In this document: positions 22,947-31,351 of the stretch, in pieces | How positions within the stretch are numbered: position 1 is the first letter of the stretch | Layout: the number at the start of each line of letters is the position of its first letter | DNA from: an uncultured Nitrosopumilaceae archaeon | Lineage (GTDB): Archaea; Thermoproteota; Nitrososphaeria; Nitrososphaerales; Nitrosopumilaceae | Length of the DNA stretch: 32,000 nt | Direction: 5' to 3' | NCBI GenBank assembly: GCA_964507825.1 | Contig: CAZDQM010000030.1 | Coordinates: 1 to 32,000 of the forward strand | Made by a program: the position numbers and the translations under genes | The notes under the pieces: generated by a model | Seen by the model: the letters and a program-made list of their open reading frames with translations, nothing else | Told to the model about the DNA's origin: nothing | The model's database searches: none

Positions 22947-23917
22947 GTCCCTTTATTCACAAGTCCCTTTGCCGCCTTTGCTATATTAATAGCTGTTATT
23001 CCGTGTTTTTCCAAGAGTAGTTGGATCTCCCCATCACGCGCGGATTCGCCAAACATGTCACGTACACCGATGCGCCTGATTGGAACCGGATGGCACTCTG
23101 ATAACGTCTCGGCGACCGCGGATCCCATGCCCCCCATTATATTGTGCTCCTCGCATGTGATTATGCGTCCGGTTTCCCTAGCGGCCTTTTCTAGCAGAAC
23201 CGCGTCAATAGGCTTGATTGAAAACATATCAAGTACGCGTGCTGAAATTCCCTCCCGGGCCAGCATGCCGGCCGCATCTACTGCCATGCTGACGGTGATT
23301 CCACATGCTACAATAGTGCAGTCCGCGCCTTCCCGTAACGTGATCCCCCTTCCAATCTCAAATCGCGTAGAATCCGAATGCACTACCGGGGTCGCCGATC
23401 TGGCCATCCTCATGTAAAACGGCCCGTATTGCTCCGAGATTGTCTTTGTCAGTTTTGAGACTGCAATGCCGTCGGCCGGAATAAGCACCTTCATGTTGGG
23501 CATGACGCGCATTATTGCAACATCCTCAATCTGCTGGTGTGATCCGCCGTCTGCCCCCACGGACAGTCCGCCATGTGAGACGACCATCTTGACGTTTAGG
23601 CCCTTTTTGTCCCCGCGTGTAGGATATGCGATTGAATTCCGTATCTGATCCACTGCCCTGCCGGGCAGGAATATTGCATACGTACTTGCAAACGGAATCT
23701 TGCCCGATATTGCCATGCCGGCAGAAACCGAAACAAGGTTTGCCTCGGCAATACCAACATTGAAGAATCGGTCCGGAAACTCCTTGCCAAAGTGCGCGGT
23801 TTTAAGAGATCCTGTCGTATCAGCGCCCAGCACAACAATGTCGGGATTTTCCCTCCCCAGCTCAACTAGTGCCTTGCTGTATTCGGTGCGCATATCCAAA
23901 GTCGAAGCACCGCTCAC
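22943..23917 (-). CDS. transketolase, C-terminal (pyrimidine-binding) subunit
   Basis: 324 aa: RFFNVGIAEANLVSVSAGMA...GGSHQQIEDVAIMRVMPNMKV... There is a 4-nt ATGA-type overlap with both neighbours. Confidence 0.93.
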   Translation of the reverse strand: MSGASTLDMRTEYSKALVELGRENPDIVVLGADTTGSLKTAHFGKEFPDRFFNVGIAEANLVSVSAGMAISGKIPFASTYAIFLPGRAVDQIRNSIAYPTRGDKKGLNVKMVVSHGGLSVGADGGSHQQIEDVAIMRVMPNMKVLIPADGIAVSKLTKTISEQYGPFYMRMARSATPVVHSDSTRFEIGRGITLREGADCTIVACGITVSMAVDAAGMLAREGISARVLDMFSIKPIDAVLLEKAARETGRIITCEEHNIMGGMGSAVAETLSECHPVPIRRIGVRDMFGESARDGEIQLLLEKHGITAINIAKAAKGLVNKGT

Positions 23918-25581
23918 AGGTATCTGGCCTCCTCTGCCAGCTTTGTCAGCTGCGCCCTCTTGGCTCCGATCTCATGAAGTGCGATCCATTCAGATACAAG
24001 ATCACGGCCGCCCAGCTTGAACGCGCTTGTCAAAAGATGTCTTCTTCTTGCCATCAGGATTTTGTTCCTAAACTCCCTGATGACGTTACGGACATCAGGC
24101 CTGCCTATGATCGCACTTCCGCCTACAAAGGCCCGAGCGCCGTCATCAAAGCATGATCCAGCATTGTCAAGGTTTATGCCTCCATCCGCCTCGATAACTC
24201 CGGCAAAACCATGCTGTTCTAGTAGCGGTTTGAGCACTGCCATTTTTTCATGTGTGGACTCTATGTAGCTTTGCCCGGATTTCCCCGGAACCACAGACAT
24301 GACGATTATTTGATCCAAGGTAGGCAGGAATTCATATGACCATTCTGGCAGATCCGTGTCAGGGTTGATTGCAATGCCGGCCCCCACCTGGTTTTGTTTC
24401 AAATAGTCATGGATTTCCCCAAACGAGGACTCGTTGCAGACCTCAGCATGGACGGTTACGATGTCGCTGCCCGCCTCGACATAATTTTGCACGTGTCTGA
24501 CAGGCTCGTTTATCATCAGATGCGTGTCAAATGGGATTATTGCATGCGGTCGCAGTTCCCTGATCTTGACGTGATCAAAGGTCTTGTTTGGGACAAATTT
24601 TCCATCCATTACATCAAGATGGATATAGTCCGCCCGCCCGTCAACGCAGCGCCTGACCTCTCCTTCCAAATCAGTCATGTCTCCGGCAATAATCGACGGG
24701 GATATCATGAACTGTGAGTCTAGTTCATCGTTGATTATAGGGACCATCCGCGGGTTGGCGGCTTTTCCATGCCATGCAGGGTTGTCCTCCATGTGCTCTA
24801 GCGACTTGCCCTTGATTGTACGCGCAATGATTATCGTAGGGGCGCCCTTGGTGGCCCGCGCCCGGGTCAGCGCCATGTCAAGCTGTTCTATTCTGTGGCC
24901 ATCCACCTCGATGACATTCCATCCAAAGGATCTCCATTTTTGTCCGGTTTTCCATCTAGACTCATTCCGCCACATTTCAGACAGGTCACTCCCCTCAAGC
25001 CTTTCATCAAGCGGCATGATTTTTTCCGTGTAGGAATCCTGCTGAATGAAATTTCTGTCCAGGATTGCAGTAAGGTTATCGACTCCATACTTGGAGGCAG
25101 TCATCGCGGCCTCCCATACCTGGCCCTCATCGGACTCCCCGTCCCCGATTATGGTGTAAACATGATAATCCTTCTTGTCCAGTCTTCCGGCTAGTGCTAG
25201 GCCGATGGAGAAGGACAGGCCGATTCCAAGAGAGCCCCCGCAGAACTCAACGCCGGGACACTTTAAATCCGGATGTCCCTGTAATCGACTGCCGAATTTT
25301 CGCAGGTCGTCTAGTTCGGACTCTTCGATGTATCCGGAGACTGCAAGATTTGAAAACAGGCCGGGTGCCGCATGACCCTTGGAGAGGACTAGGCGGTCAC
25401 GTTCCTCCCACAGCGGGTCTTTTGGATTATACCTAAGATGCTTGTAGAACAGGCATCCCATTATCTCACCCATGGAAAACGAGCCTCCGGGATGGCCAGA
25501 GCCTGCCGCAGTGGTGGCACTTATGACCAGTTTACGGGCCCTCAAGACATTTTTTTTGATCCGATAGTAATTGAGGCCCAT
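23914..25581 (-). CDS. fusion protein: transketolase N-terminal (TPP-binding) subunit :: ribulose-phosphate 3-epimerase
   Basis: Residues 1-~290 form the transketolase N-terminal part (GSGHPGGSFSMGEIMGCLF, LSKGHAAP, IGDGESDEGQVWEA, NPAWHGKA). Residues ~292-505 are Rpe (ISPSIIAGDM, IHLDVMDGKFVPN, FDTHLMI, MSVVPGKSGQ, IEADGGIN, VGGSAI). A ~50-aa tail follows. The reading frame is continuous with no stop. Confidence 0.9.
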   Translation of the reverse strand: MGLNYYRIKKNVLRARKLVISATTAAGSGHPGGSFSMGEIMGCLFYKHLRYNPKDPLWEERDRLVLSKGHAAPGLFSNLAVSGYIEESELDDLRKFGSRLQGHPDLKCPGVEFCGGSLGIGLSFSIGLALAGRLDKKDYHVYTIIGDGESDEGQVWEAAMTASKYGVDNLTAILDRNFIQQDSYTEKIMPLDERLEGSDLSEMWRNESRWKTGQKWRSFGWNVIEVDGHRIEQLDMALTRARATKGAPTIIIARTIKGKSLEHMEDNPAWHGKAANPRMVPIINDELDSQFMISPSIIAGDMTDLEGEVRRCVDGRADYIHLDVMDGKFVPNKTFDHVKIRELRPHAIIPFDTHLMINEPVRHVQNYVEAGSDIVTVHAEVCNESSFGEIHDYLKQNQVGAGIAINPDTDLPEWSYEFLPTLDQIIVMSVVPGKSGQSYIESTHEKMAVLKPLLEQHGFAGVIEADGGINLDNAGSCFDDGARAFVGGSAIIGRPDVRNVIREFRNKILMARRRHLLTSAFKLGGRDLVSEWIALHEIGAKRAQLTKLAEEARYL

Positions 25582-25655
25582 TTGCTGTATACCTTTGCAA
25601 ATTGAATAAAAATCTACTTGTAAAAATTTTAATTCGATCCGCTCGTATCAACAGC

Positions 25656-26042
25656 ATGGATTTGAGGCAGATGATCCCGCTTGTGGTATACGACAATCAA
25701 TGCCACATGTGCATCAGGTTTGCAAGAATCGTCTGGGCACTAGCCGGAGGAAAGGTGAAGATGGCTGGCCATTATTCAAAAACCGGCAAGGACCTGCGTG
25801 AAAAAATCCTAGGTGATAACGCGTTGAAGATGTTCTGGTTTATAGACAAGGATACTGCATACGGCGGTAGGGCGGCCCTGTTGCCGCTAATCAAGACCAT
25901 CCTGTTTGCCAAGAAGGTTCACGGGGAAGGCGCGTGGGCCGACGAATCGTGCGGAACAGAGTGCAAAAGTGTCAAATACGTGTTTTTACGATCGGCAAGC
26001 CTGCTTTCACACAGCAATACGATTAGAATAAGCCAAGTCTAA
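25656..26042 (+). CDS. DCC1-like thiol-disulfide oxidoreductase (DUF393) family protein
   Basis: MDLRQMIPLVVYDNQCHMCIRFARIV fits the YDxxCxxC N-terminal motif of the family. I chose ATG 25656 over the ORF-track TTG at 25602. Confidence 0.6.
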   Translation: MDLRQMIPLVVYDNQCHMCIRFARIVWALAGGKVKMAGHYSKTGKDLREKILGDNALKMFWFIDKDTAYGGRAALLPLIKTILFAKKVHGEGAWADESCGTECKSVKYVFLRSASLLSHSNTIRISQV

Positions 26043-26059
26043 AATATCGGAAAAAACAC

Positions 26060-27541
26060 GTGCAACAAGTGGCGCCCACGTTACAAAATGTCGATCCCGT
26101 AAAGAAAAGGACTCAGCTGTTGTGCTCATTTGTCATGGAGGGAACGTCTGAGGCCATTGGGTTGAAGGGGACGGATGCTAGGATTTCAAAGGCCATCAAG
26201 GAGGCAATTGGCGAATTTGATGGAAGACTTGGAATAACGTCAACTATCAGTACGCTTGGCGGCATGCCTGCACAGAGAATCCTGCTGGCAGGCCTAGGAA
26301 AGACGATATCAGAAGATACGTTCAGGTTTGCCGCCGGAAGGGTTGCTCTTAGGGCAAGGGAGATCGGCGTTTCCGAATTTTCAATAATTGTGCCACAGGT
26401 CCGCGCTAGCGACACGGCCGTTGTTGCAACGCAGATTGTGCAGGGGGCAAGGATGTCACTGTTCTCATTTGACGAGTACAAGAGTAACGGCGCCAAAAAG
26501 GCACCAGAGTTTACACTGCTAGCACCGAGTTCGGCAGGGATCAAAAGGGCAGTAGATAATGCCGAAAAAGTGTCAGACGCAGTAATATTTACAAAGAGAA
26601 TTGCAAATTTGCCGCCAAATGACTGCACGCCTGCAACGCTGGCATCCATTGCAAAGATAATAGACAAGAGCAGAATAAGGTGTACCATCGTACAAGATAC
26701 AGAGCTAAAAAAGCGCGGATTTGGTGGAATTATCGCAGTGGGCCAAGGCAGTAAAAACAGGCCCAGACTCATAATCCTAGAGTATAACGGAGGCAAGAGC
26801 AGGGAAAAACCAACGGTATTTGTCGGCAAGGCGGTCACCTTTGATACGGGTGGAATCTCACTAAAACCGGGCGAAAAGATGGACGAGATGAAGTTTGACA
26901 AGTGCGGCGGATGCACCGTACTAGGAATCATGAAGGCAGTATCTAGGTTAGGGATACGGAGGAACGTCGTAGGAATCATTCCCGCCGTTGAAAACATGCC
27001 CGGAGGTGAATCATACAGGCCCGGCGACATTATCAAGTTGTACAGCGGCAAGACGGCCGAGATCCTCAACACTGATGCGGAGGGAAGGTTGATTCTTGCA
27101 GATGCGCTGGCTTTTGCCGAGCAAACATACTCACCCAAAGCAGTCATTGATTTTGCCACGCTGACTGGCGCATGCATTGTTGCGCTGGGAACAAACGTGG
27201 CAGGAATGGTGACAAACGACACTAGTCTCGGTGAGGAATTCAAGAGGGCATCTAAGAGCTCGGCCGAGGCCATATGGCAGCTGCCGCTAAACGACGACTA
27301 TGCGGAGATGATCAAGTCAGAGGTAGCAGATATCAAGAACATGGGAATCGGCAGGGCGGCAGGTACGATAACGGCCGCCGCGTTTTTGAAGGAGGCCGTT
27401 GAAAAAACCCCGTGGATACACTTTGACATTGCAGGAGTGGCGTGGACGCAGATTGCAACCAAGGAAAAGCCGTACAACCCCAAGGGCGCGACCGGATTTG
27501 GCGTAAGAATGGCGCTAGACTATCTGATGTACGGTCAGTAA
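26060..27541 (+). CDS. pepA: leucyl aminopeptidase, M17 family
   Basis: VGKAVTFDTGGISLKP, MKFDKCGG and the NTDAEGRLILADAL signature. The start is uncertain (GTG 26060 or ATG 26135). Confidence 0.92.
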   Translation: MQQVAPTLQNVDPVKKRTQLLCSFVMEGTSEAIGLKGTDARISKAIKEAIGEFDGRLGITSTISTLGGMPAQRILLAGLGKTISEDTFRFAAGRVALRAREIGVSEFSIIVPQVRASDTAVVATQIVQGARMSLFSFDEYKSNGAKKAPEFTLLAPSSAGIKRAVDNAEKVSDAVIFTKRIANLPPNDCTPATLASIAKIIDKSRIRCTIVQDTELKKRGFGGIIAVGQGSKNRPRLIILEYNGGKSREKPTVFVGKAVTFDTGGISLKPGEKMDEMKFDKCGGCTVLGIMKAVSRLGIRRNVVGIIPAVENMPGGESYRPGDIIKLYSGKTAEILNTDAEGRLILADALAFAEQTYSPKAVIDFATLTGACIVALGTNVAGMVTNDTSLGEEFKRASKSSAEAIWQLPLNDDYAEMIKSEVADIKNMGIGRAAGTITAAAFLKEAVEKTPWIHFDIAGVAWTQIATKEKPYNPKGATGFGVRMALDYLMYGQ

Positions 27542-27608
27542 CCCCTGCTGTTTCTGTCAGGCCTTCCTGCATCAGGGTTTCTCCACCCGTGCTTTTCCAT
27601 CATGTGAT

Positions 27609-27666
27609 TCAGCAACCGGATATCATTATCGCATGATTCCCCACATATCGAGCAATTACTCATCAT
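27609..27666 (-). ncRNA. weak candidate C/D-box sRNA just downstream of the 5S rRNA
   Basis: The reverse strand shows ATGATGA (a perfect C box, 27660-27666), 12 nt later TATG (a poor D'), then ATGATAT (C'-like) and finally CTGA (D box, 27609-27612). The 58-nt span is typical. However, the internal boxes are poor and the second guide is only 7 nt. Confidence 0.2.
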
Positions 27667-27698
27667 GTAGCATGCAGAAGGCTAGGATTAAAACCAAG

Positions 27699-27819
27699 GG
27701 ATGCCAGCACTGTTGCTTCCCAAGAGCTCTCGCATCTAAGTAACACAACAGCGACATCAGGTTTGACTTCCAAGTTCGGAAAGGGATTGGGTCGCACCCT
27801 GACGCTATGGCCGGCTTGA
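27699..27819 (-). rRNA. 5S ribosomal RNA (unlinked to 16S/23S)
   Basis: The reverse strand reads GCCGGCCATAGCGTCAGGGTGCGACCCAATCCCTTTCCGAACTTGGAAGTCAAACCTGATGTCGCTGTTGTGTTACTTAGATGCGAGAGCTCTTGGGAAGCAACAGTGCTGGC. It carries the universal 5S signature CCATAGCG...ATCCC.TTCCGAAC..GGAAGT.AA. Helix I pairs GCCGGC (27815-27810) with GCTGGC (27708-27703). TTGGTTTT follows. The ends are approximate (+/- 5 nt). Confidence 0.85.
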
Positions 27820-27904
27820 TAAGCGTTTCACCAAGTTATCTATTAAGGTAACCCTCAAAACCGCCGTCAAAAGGGTATTAAACCAAGATCCACGAGGATA
27901 TCAT

Positions 27905-29692
27905 ATGACCCACAGGGTGGCCGTCTTGGACAAGGAGCTTTGCCAGCCACGAAAATGCGGCCTAGAATGCATAAAGTATTGCCCCGTAAACAAGTCAGGG
28001 GCAGACTGCATAACGTTAAGTGAGGAGACGAAAAAGGCGCAAATCAACGAGGAGATCTGCAACGGTTGCGGGATATGTGTCAAGGTGTGCCCATTTGATG
28101 CGATAACAATCGTCAATCTTGCATCGGAGCTTGCAGCGGACAAGATTCACCAGTATGGAATGAATTCATTCAGACTTTACAGGCTTCGGGCCCCAAAAAA
28201 GGGCAAGGTAACCGGGCTGCTAGGCAGGAACGGGATGGGTAAAAGTACGATCGTTGGAATTCTGTCCGGAATGATAAAGCCAAACCTGGGAAACTATGAG
28301 GACCCGCCAGAATGGGACGAAATTCTAAGGCATTTTGGCGGGATGGAGTTAAAGCCTCACTTTGAAAAAATCAGAGATGGACAGATCAGCTCGTCAATAA
28401 AGCCGCAGCAGGTACATCATGTGGTTCAGGCATTTGACGGAACAGGTAAGGAGCTTTTAGAAAAGTATGATCAAAGAGGAGCCGCAAAGCGCCTAGTAGC
28501 CGACTTGGGGCTAGAAAATTCAATGGAGCAGAGTCTCAAGGAGCTAAGCGGCGGGGAGCTTCAAAGGTTGTCGGTGGCAGTTGCCGCGGCAAAGGATGCC
28601 GAGTTTTACTTTTTTGACGAGCCATCGTCATATAACGACGTGTACCAAAGGGCCGGGGTTGCCAGGACTATCCAGGATTTAGCGGGGATTGGAAAAAGCG
28701 TCATGGTAGTCGAGCACGACTTGACGTTGCTTGACTATGTAAGTGACTATATCGGGGTACTATATGGGGAACCTGCCGCATATGGAATAGTTTCCAACGT
28801 GCTCTCAACAAAGGTGGGAATCAACGTCTTCCTTGACGGATACCTTCCAAATGAAAACGTAAGGTTCAGGGACAAGCAGTTTACCTTTGACGTATCATCC
28901 ACCTCGACGGACCAGTTTCAGGAGGGAAGCGAGATCATCACATACCCAAGACTGGAAAAAAAATACCCCACATTCTCGGTGTCCGTCGACGGCGGAAGCG
29001 TGAGAAAGGGTGAGATTGTTGGCATCATGGGAGCCAATGCCTTGGGAAAGACGACGATGATGAAGATGATTACGGGCGTTGAAGTGCCGGACTCGGGCAA
29101 GATTGATAAAAAAATAAGGATCTCATACAAGCAGCAGTATCTTCAAAGCGATACGGACGTAGATGTCGTCTCCCTGTTGGACAAGGCCAACGGTAATTCT
29201 ATAGAGGGAAGTCTAGAAGAAGAGCAGATAATCGATCCATTAAAAATCAAAAAACTCTACAACAAGTCGGTGAGAAACCTTTCCGGCGGCGAGCTTCAAA
29301 AGGTTGCCATCGCCACCTGCCTCCTGCAAAAGGCGGACTTGTATGCTCTTGACGAGCCGTCTGCGTTCCTTGATGTCGAGGAAAGGATTGCGGTTGCAAA
29401 GTTCCTGCAAAGGTTTGTCCGTTCGTTTGGAAAATCAGCCATTGTGATCGATCATGACCTGCAGCTGATGGACCTGATTGCAGACAGCATAGTGATCTTC
29501 GAGGGCACATCCGGGCGGCAAGGCCGCTCAACGCATCCCATGTCCAAGCCGCAGGCCATGAACAGGTTCCTAAGCTCGCTAGACATGTCATTTAGGAGGG
29601 ATGAAAAGTCGATGAGGCCAAGAGTCAACAAGATTGGCAGCAGGCTAGACAAGGATCAGAAATCATCGGGGATATTCTACCATACAAAATGA
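27905..29692 (+). CDS. abce1: ABCE1 / RNase L inhibitor-type ribosome-recycling ATPase
   Basis: 595 aa with an N-terminal double 4Fe-4S ferredoxin (CQPRKCGLECIKYCPV, CNGCGICVKVCPFDAI) and two ABC ATPase domains (GRNGMGKST, LSGGELQR; GANALGKTT, LSGGELQK). Confidence 0.95.
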   Translation: MTHRVAVLDKELCQPRKCGLECIKYCPVNKSGADCITLSEETKKAQINEEICNGCGICVKVCPFDAITIVNLASELAADKIHQYGMNSFRLYRLRAPKKGKVTGLLGRNGMGKSTIVGILSGMIKPNLGNYEDPPEWDEILRHFGGMELKPHFEKIRDGQISSSIKPQQVHHVVQAFDGTGKELLEKYDQRGAAKRLVADLGLENSMEQSLKELSGGELQRLSVAVAAAKDAEFYFFDEPSSYNDVYQRAGVARTIQDLAGIGKSVMVVEHDLTLLDYVSDYIGVLYGEPAAYGIVSNVLSTKVGINVFLDGYLPNENVRFRDKQFTFDVSSTSTDQFQEGSEIITYPRLEKKYPTFSVSVDGGSVRKGEIVGIMGANALGKTTMMKMITGVEVPDSGKIDKKIRISYKQQYLQSDTDVDVVSLLDKANGNSIEGSLEEEQIIDPLKIKKLYNKSVRNLSGGELQKVAIATCLLQKADLYALDEPSAFLDVEERIAVAKFLQRFVRSFGKSAIVIDHDLQLMDLIADSIVIFEGTSGRQGRSTHPMSKPQAMNRFLSSLDMSFRRDEKSMRPRVNKIGSRLDKDQKSSGIFYHTK

Positions 29693-30522
29693 CGCGAATG
29701 TTGAAAAAGGCCCTCGATGGGGTGCTAAGCGAGAGGGAAAGCGACGAGCTCTTCTCGGCCTTTGATCAGGTTGGAAGAATCATCGTGCTCAAGATTCCAG
29801 ACGTGTTGCTTGAAAAAAGGAAGATTATAGGGGAGACATTGCTAGAGCGGGTCAAAACGGCAGAATCTGTATTCTGCCAGTCATCTGACGTGGGAGGCGA
29901 CTTTAGGACTAGGAGGCTAGAGCTGCTAGCAGGAAGAGACTCTACTGAAACCGAGTACAGGGAAAACGGATGCAGGTTTGTCGTGGATGTGGAAAAGGCG
30001 TTTTTCTCCCCAAGGCTGTCTACCGAGCGGCTCCGTATTGCAGATATGGTACAGGATTCAGATGTTATAGTAAACATGTTTGCAGGAATAGGAATGTTTT
30101 CAATAGTTGCCGCAAAGAGCAAAAGATGCACGGTATACAGCATAGACATCAACCCCAAAGCCTCAATGCTGTGTGAAAGAAATATTGCAATCAACAAGAT
30201 GGCGGGAAACGTGATTTCAATCAACGGGGATGCGACAGATATGGTCAAAAATCTCGAAAACATCTCCACGAGAACGCTGATGCTCCTGCCTGAAAGGTCC
30301 GATGAGTTCCTAGGTTCTGCAATACAGGCAACAAAAGACGACGGCATTATCCATTTTTACGCGCATACCAGTGCAGAAAAAAGAACGGATGCTCCAAGGG
30401 TTGCAGAGGAGCACTTTGTAAGAATTTGTCCCGTAAGGTGCTCGATTTTGGGCTCAAGGAACGTCCGGGATATAGGGCCCAGGTATCATCAGACGGTCGT
30501 CGATGCCAGAATCCTAGGCTAG
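29689..30522 (+). CDS. trm5: tRNA (guanine37-N1)-methyltransferase Trm5 / Met-10+ family
   Basis: 277 aa: ENGCRFVVDVEKAFFSPRLSTER, the SAM motif VNMFAGIGMFSIVAA and YSIDINP. There is a 4-nt ATGA overlap with the abce1 stop. Confidence 0.85.
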   Translation: MTRMLKKALDGVLSERESDELFSAFDQVGRIIVLKIPDVLLEKRKIIGETLLERVKTAESVFCQSSDVGGDFRTRRLELLAGRDSTETEYRENGCRFVVDVEKAFFSPRLSTERLRIADMVQDSDVIVNMFAGIGMFSIVAAKSKRCTVYSIDINPKASMLCERNIAINKMAGNVISINGDATDMVKNLENISTRTLMLLPERSDEFLGSAIQATKDDGIIHFYAHTSAEKRTDAPRVAEEHFVRICPVRCSILGSRNVRDIGPRYHQTVVDARILG

Positions 30523-30737
30523 TCGTCTCGTTCGTACGAGTGGGGCGTGGGCCTAGTCGTGGCCATGGTATATCCAATCCAGGCGACGGTTCCTAGGACG
30601 CCGCCGACTATCATTAGAATGGATAGCTCCAAGACGATCTTCCCCCATTCAGACAGCATTACAAGATAGGCATACGTGAAAAAACCCGCTATACACAGGC
30701 AAAAGATTGCAATTCCAGTACATTTGCGCCTGTTCAT
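30519..30737 (-). CDS. small two-helix membrane protein (72 aa)
   Basis: I trimmed ORF-track entry 30519-30941 to the internal ATG at 30737, because the upstream part overlaps the acetyltransferase gene in another frame. The product is MNRRKCTGIAIFCLCIAGFFTYAYLVMLSEWGKIVLELSILMIVGGVLGTVAWIGYTM... Confidence 0.45.
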   Translation of the reverse strand: MNRRKCTGIAIFCLCIAGFFTYAYLVMLSEWGKIVLELSILMIVGGVLGTVAWIGYTMATTRPTPHSYERDD

Positions 30738-30774
30738 GGCGCTACATGCCAGACATCGGTATTTATTCGTGTTT

Positions 30775-31275
30775 TCAATAGGTAAATTCGCGGGACATGA
30801 GATATGCGTCCTCGCCGTCGCGGTAATATGCGCCGAGTCGCTGGCGGATGACAAAGCCCAACTTTTCATACAGGACGATCGCCCCCGTGTTGCTGCATCG
30901 GACTTCAAGATAAAACTCGTCGCATTTTCTGAGTTCGACACCGCGTACTGCCTCCTCGACTATCGCCCTTCCTATTCCCCTGCCTCGAAACTCGGGCAGG
31001 ACGGCAACGGAGACCATGTGCCCCTTTTTGACGAATCCAAGCTTTGTAAAATTGGAAAATCCGAATTCGGTCTTGCACATGATGTATCCCACGTATTTTT
31101 CGTTTATTTGCGCCACAAGAAACGCCTCGGGCAGCTCGGCTAGCAGGCTTTCATAAAAATAGTCCGTATAGTGTTCGGGTAGCGTCTTGAGATTGATCTC
31201 CATTACGGGGATCAAGTCGCCCAGATTGGCACGCCTTATTATACAGTCGCCATGTTGTCTGAGGACCACCTGCAT
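30775..31275 (-). CDS. rimI: GNAT N-acetyltransferase, RimI/Ard1 (protein N-terminal acetyltransferase) type
   Basis: 166 aa: GHMVSVAVLPEFRGRGIGRAIVEEA (the acetyl-CoA R-x-x-G-x-G motif), YLEVRCSNTGAIVLYEKLGF and YYRDGEDAYLM. Confidence 0.88.
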   Translation of the reverse strand: MQVVLRQHGDCIIRRANLGDLIPVMEINLKTLPEHYTDYFYESLLAELPEAFLVAQINEKYVGYIMCKTEFGFSNFTKLGFVKKGHMVSVAVLPEFRGRGIGRAIVEEAVRGVELRKCDEFYLEVRCSNTGAIVLYEKLGFVIRQRLGAYYRDGEDAYLMSREFTY

Positions 31276-31351
31276 GACGTGAATACCGCATCACAAATAT
31301 TTAATGTTAGGCGCAAAAACCATTAAGGCAGAGGCATGTACCAAGTGTATA

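Noticed and set aside
26113-27273. Very long (386-aa) antisense ORF opposite pepA. Similar shadow ORFs lie opposite trm5 (29766-30347), the RecJ-like gene (10363-10869), transaldolase (22540-22989), the PLP enzyme (18050-18433) and others.
   Set aside because: The sense strands encode proteins with unmistakable family motifs. The antisense translations are low-complexity (S/A/P/L-rich) and have no motifs. Long stop-free antisense frames are a common by-product of codon bias in moderately GC-rich genes.
30738-30941. Upstream 68 codons of ORF 30519-30941.
   Set aside because: This part overlaps the well-supported GNAT acetyltransferase gene (30775-31275) on the same strand in another frame, and its sequence is not protein-like. 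Only the distal 72-aa two-helix membrane part is kept.
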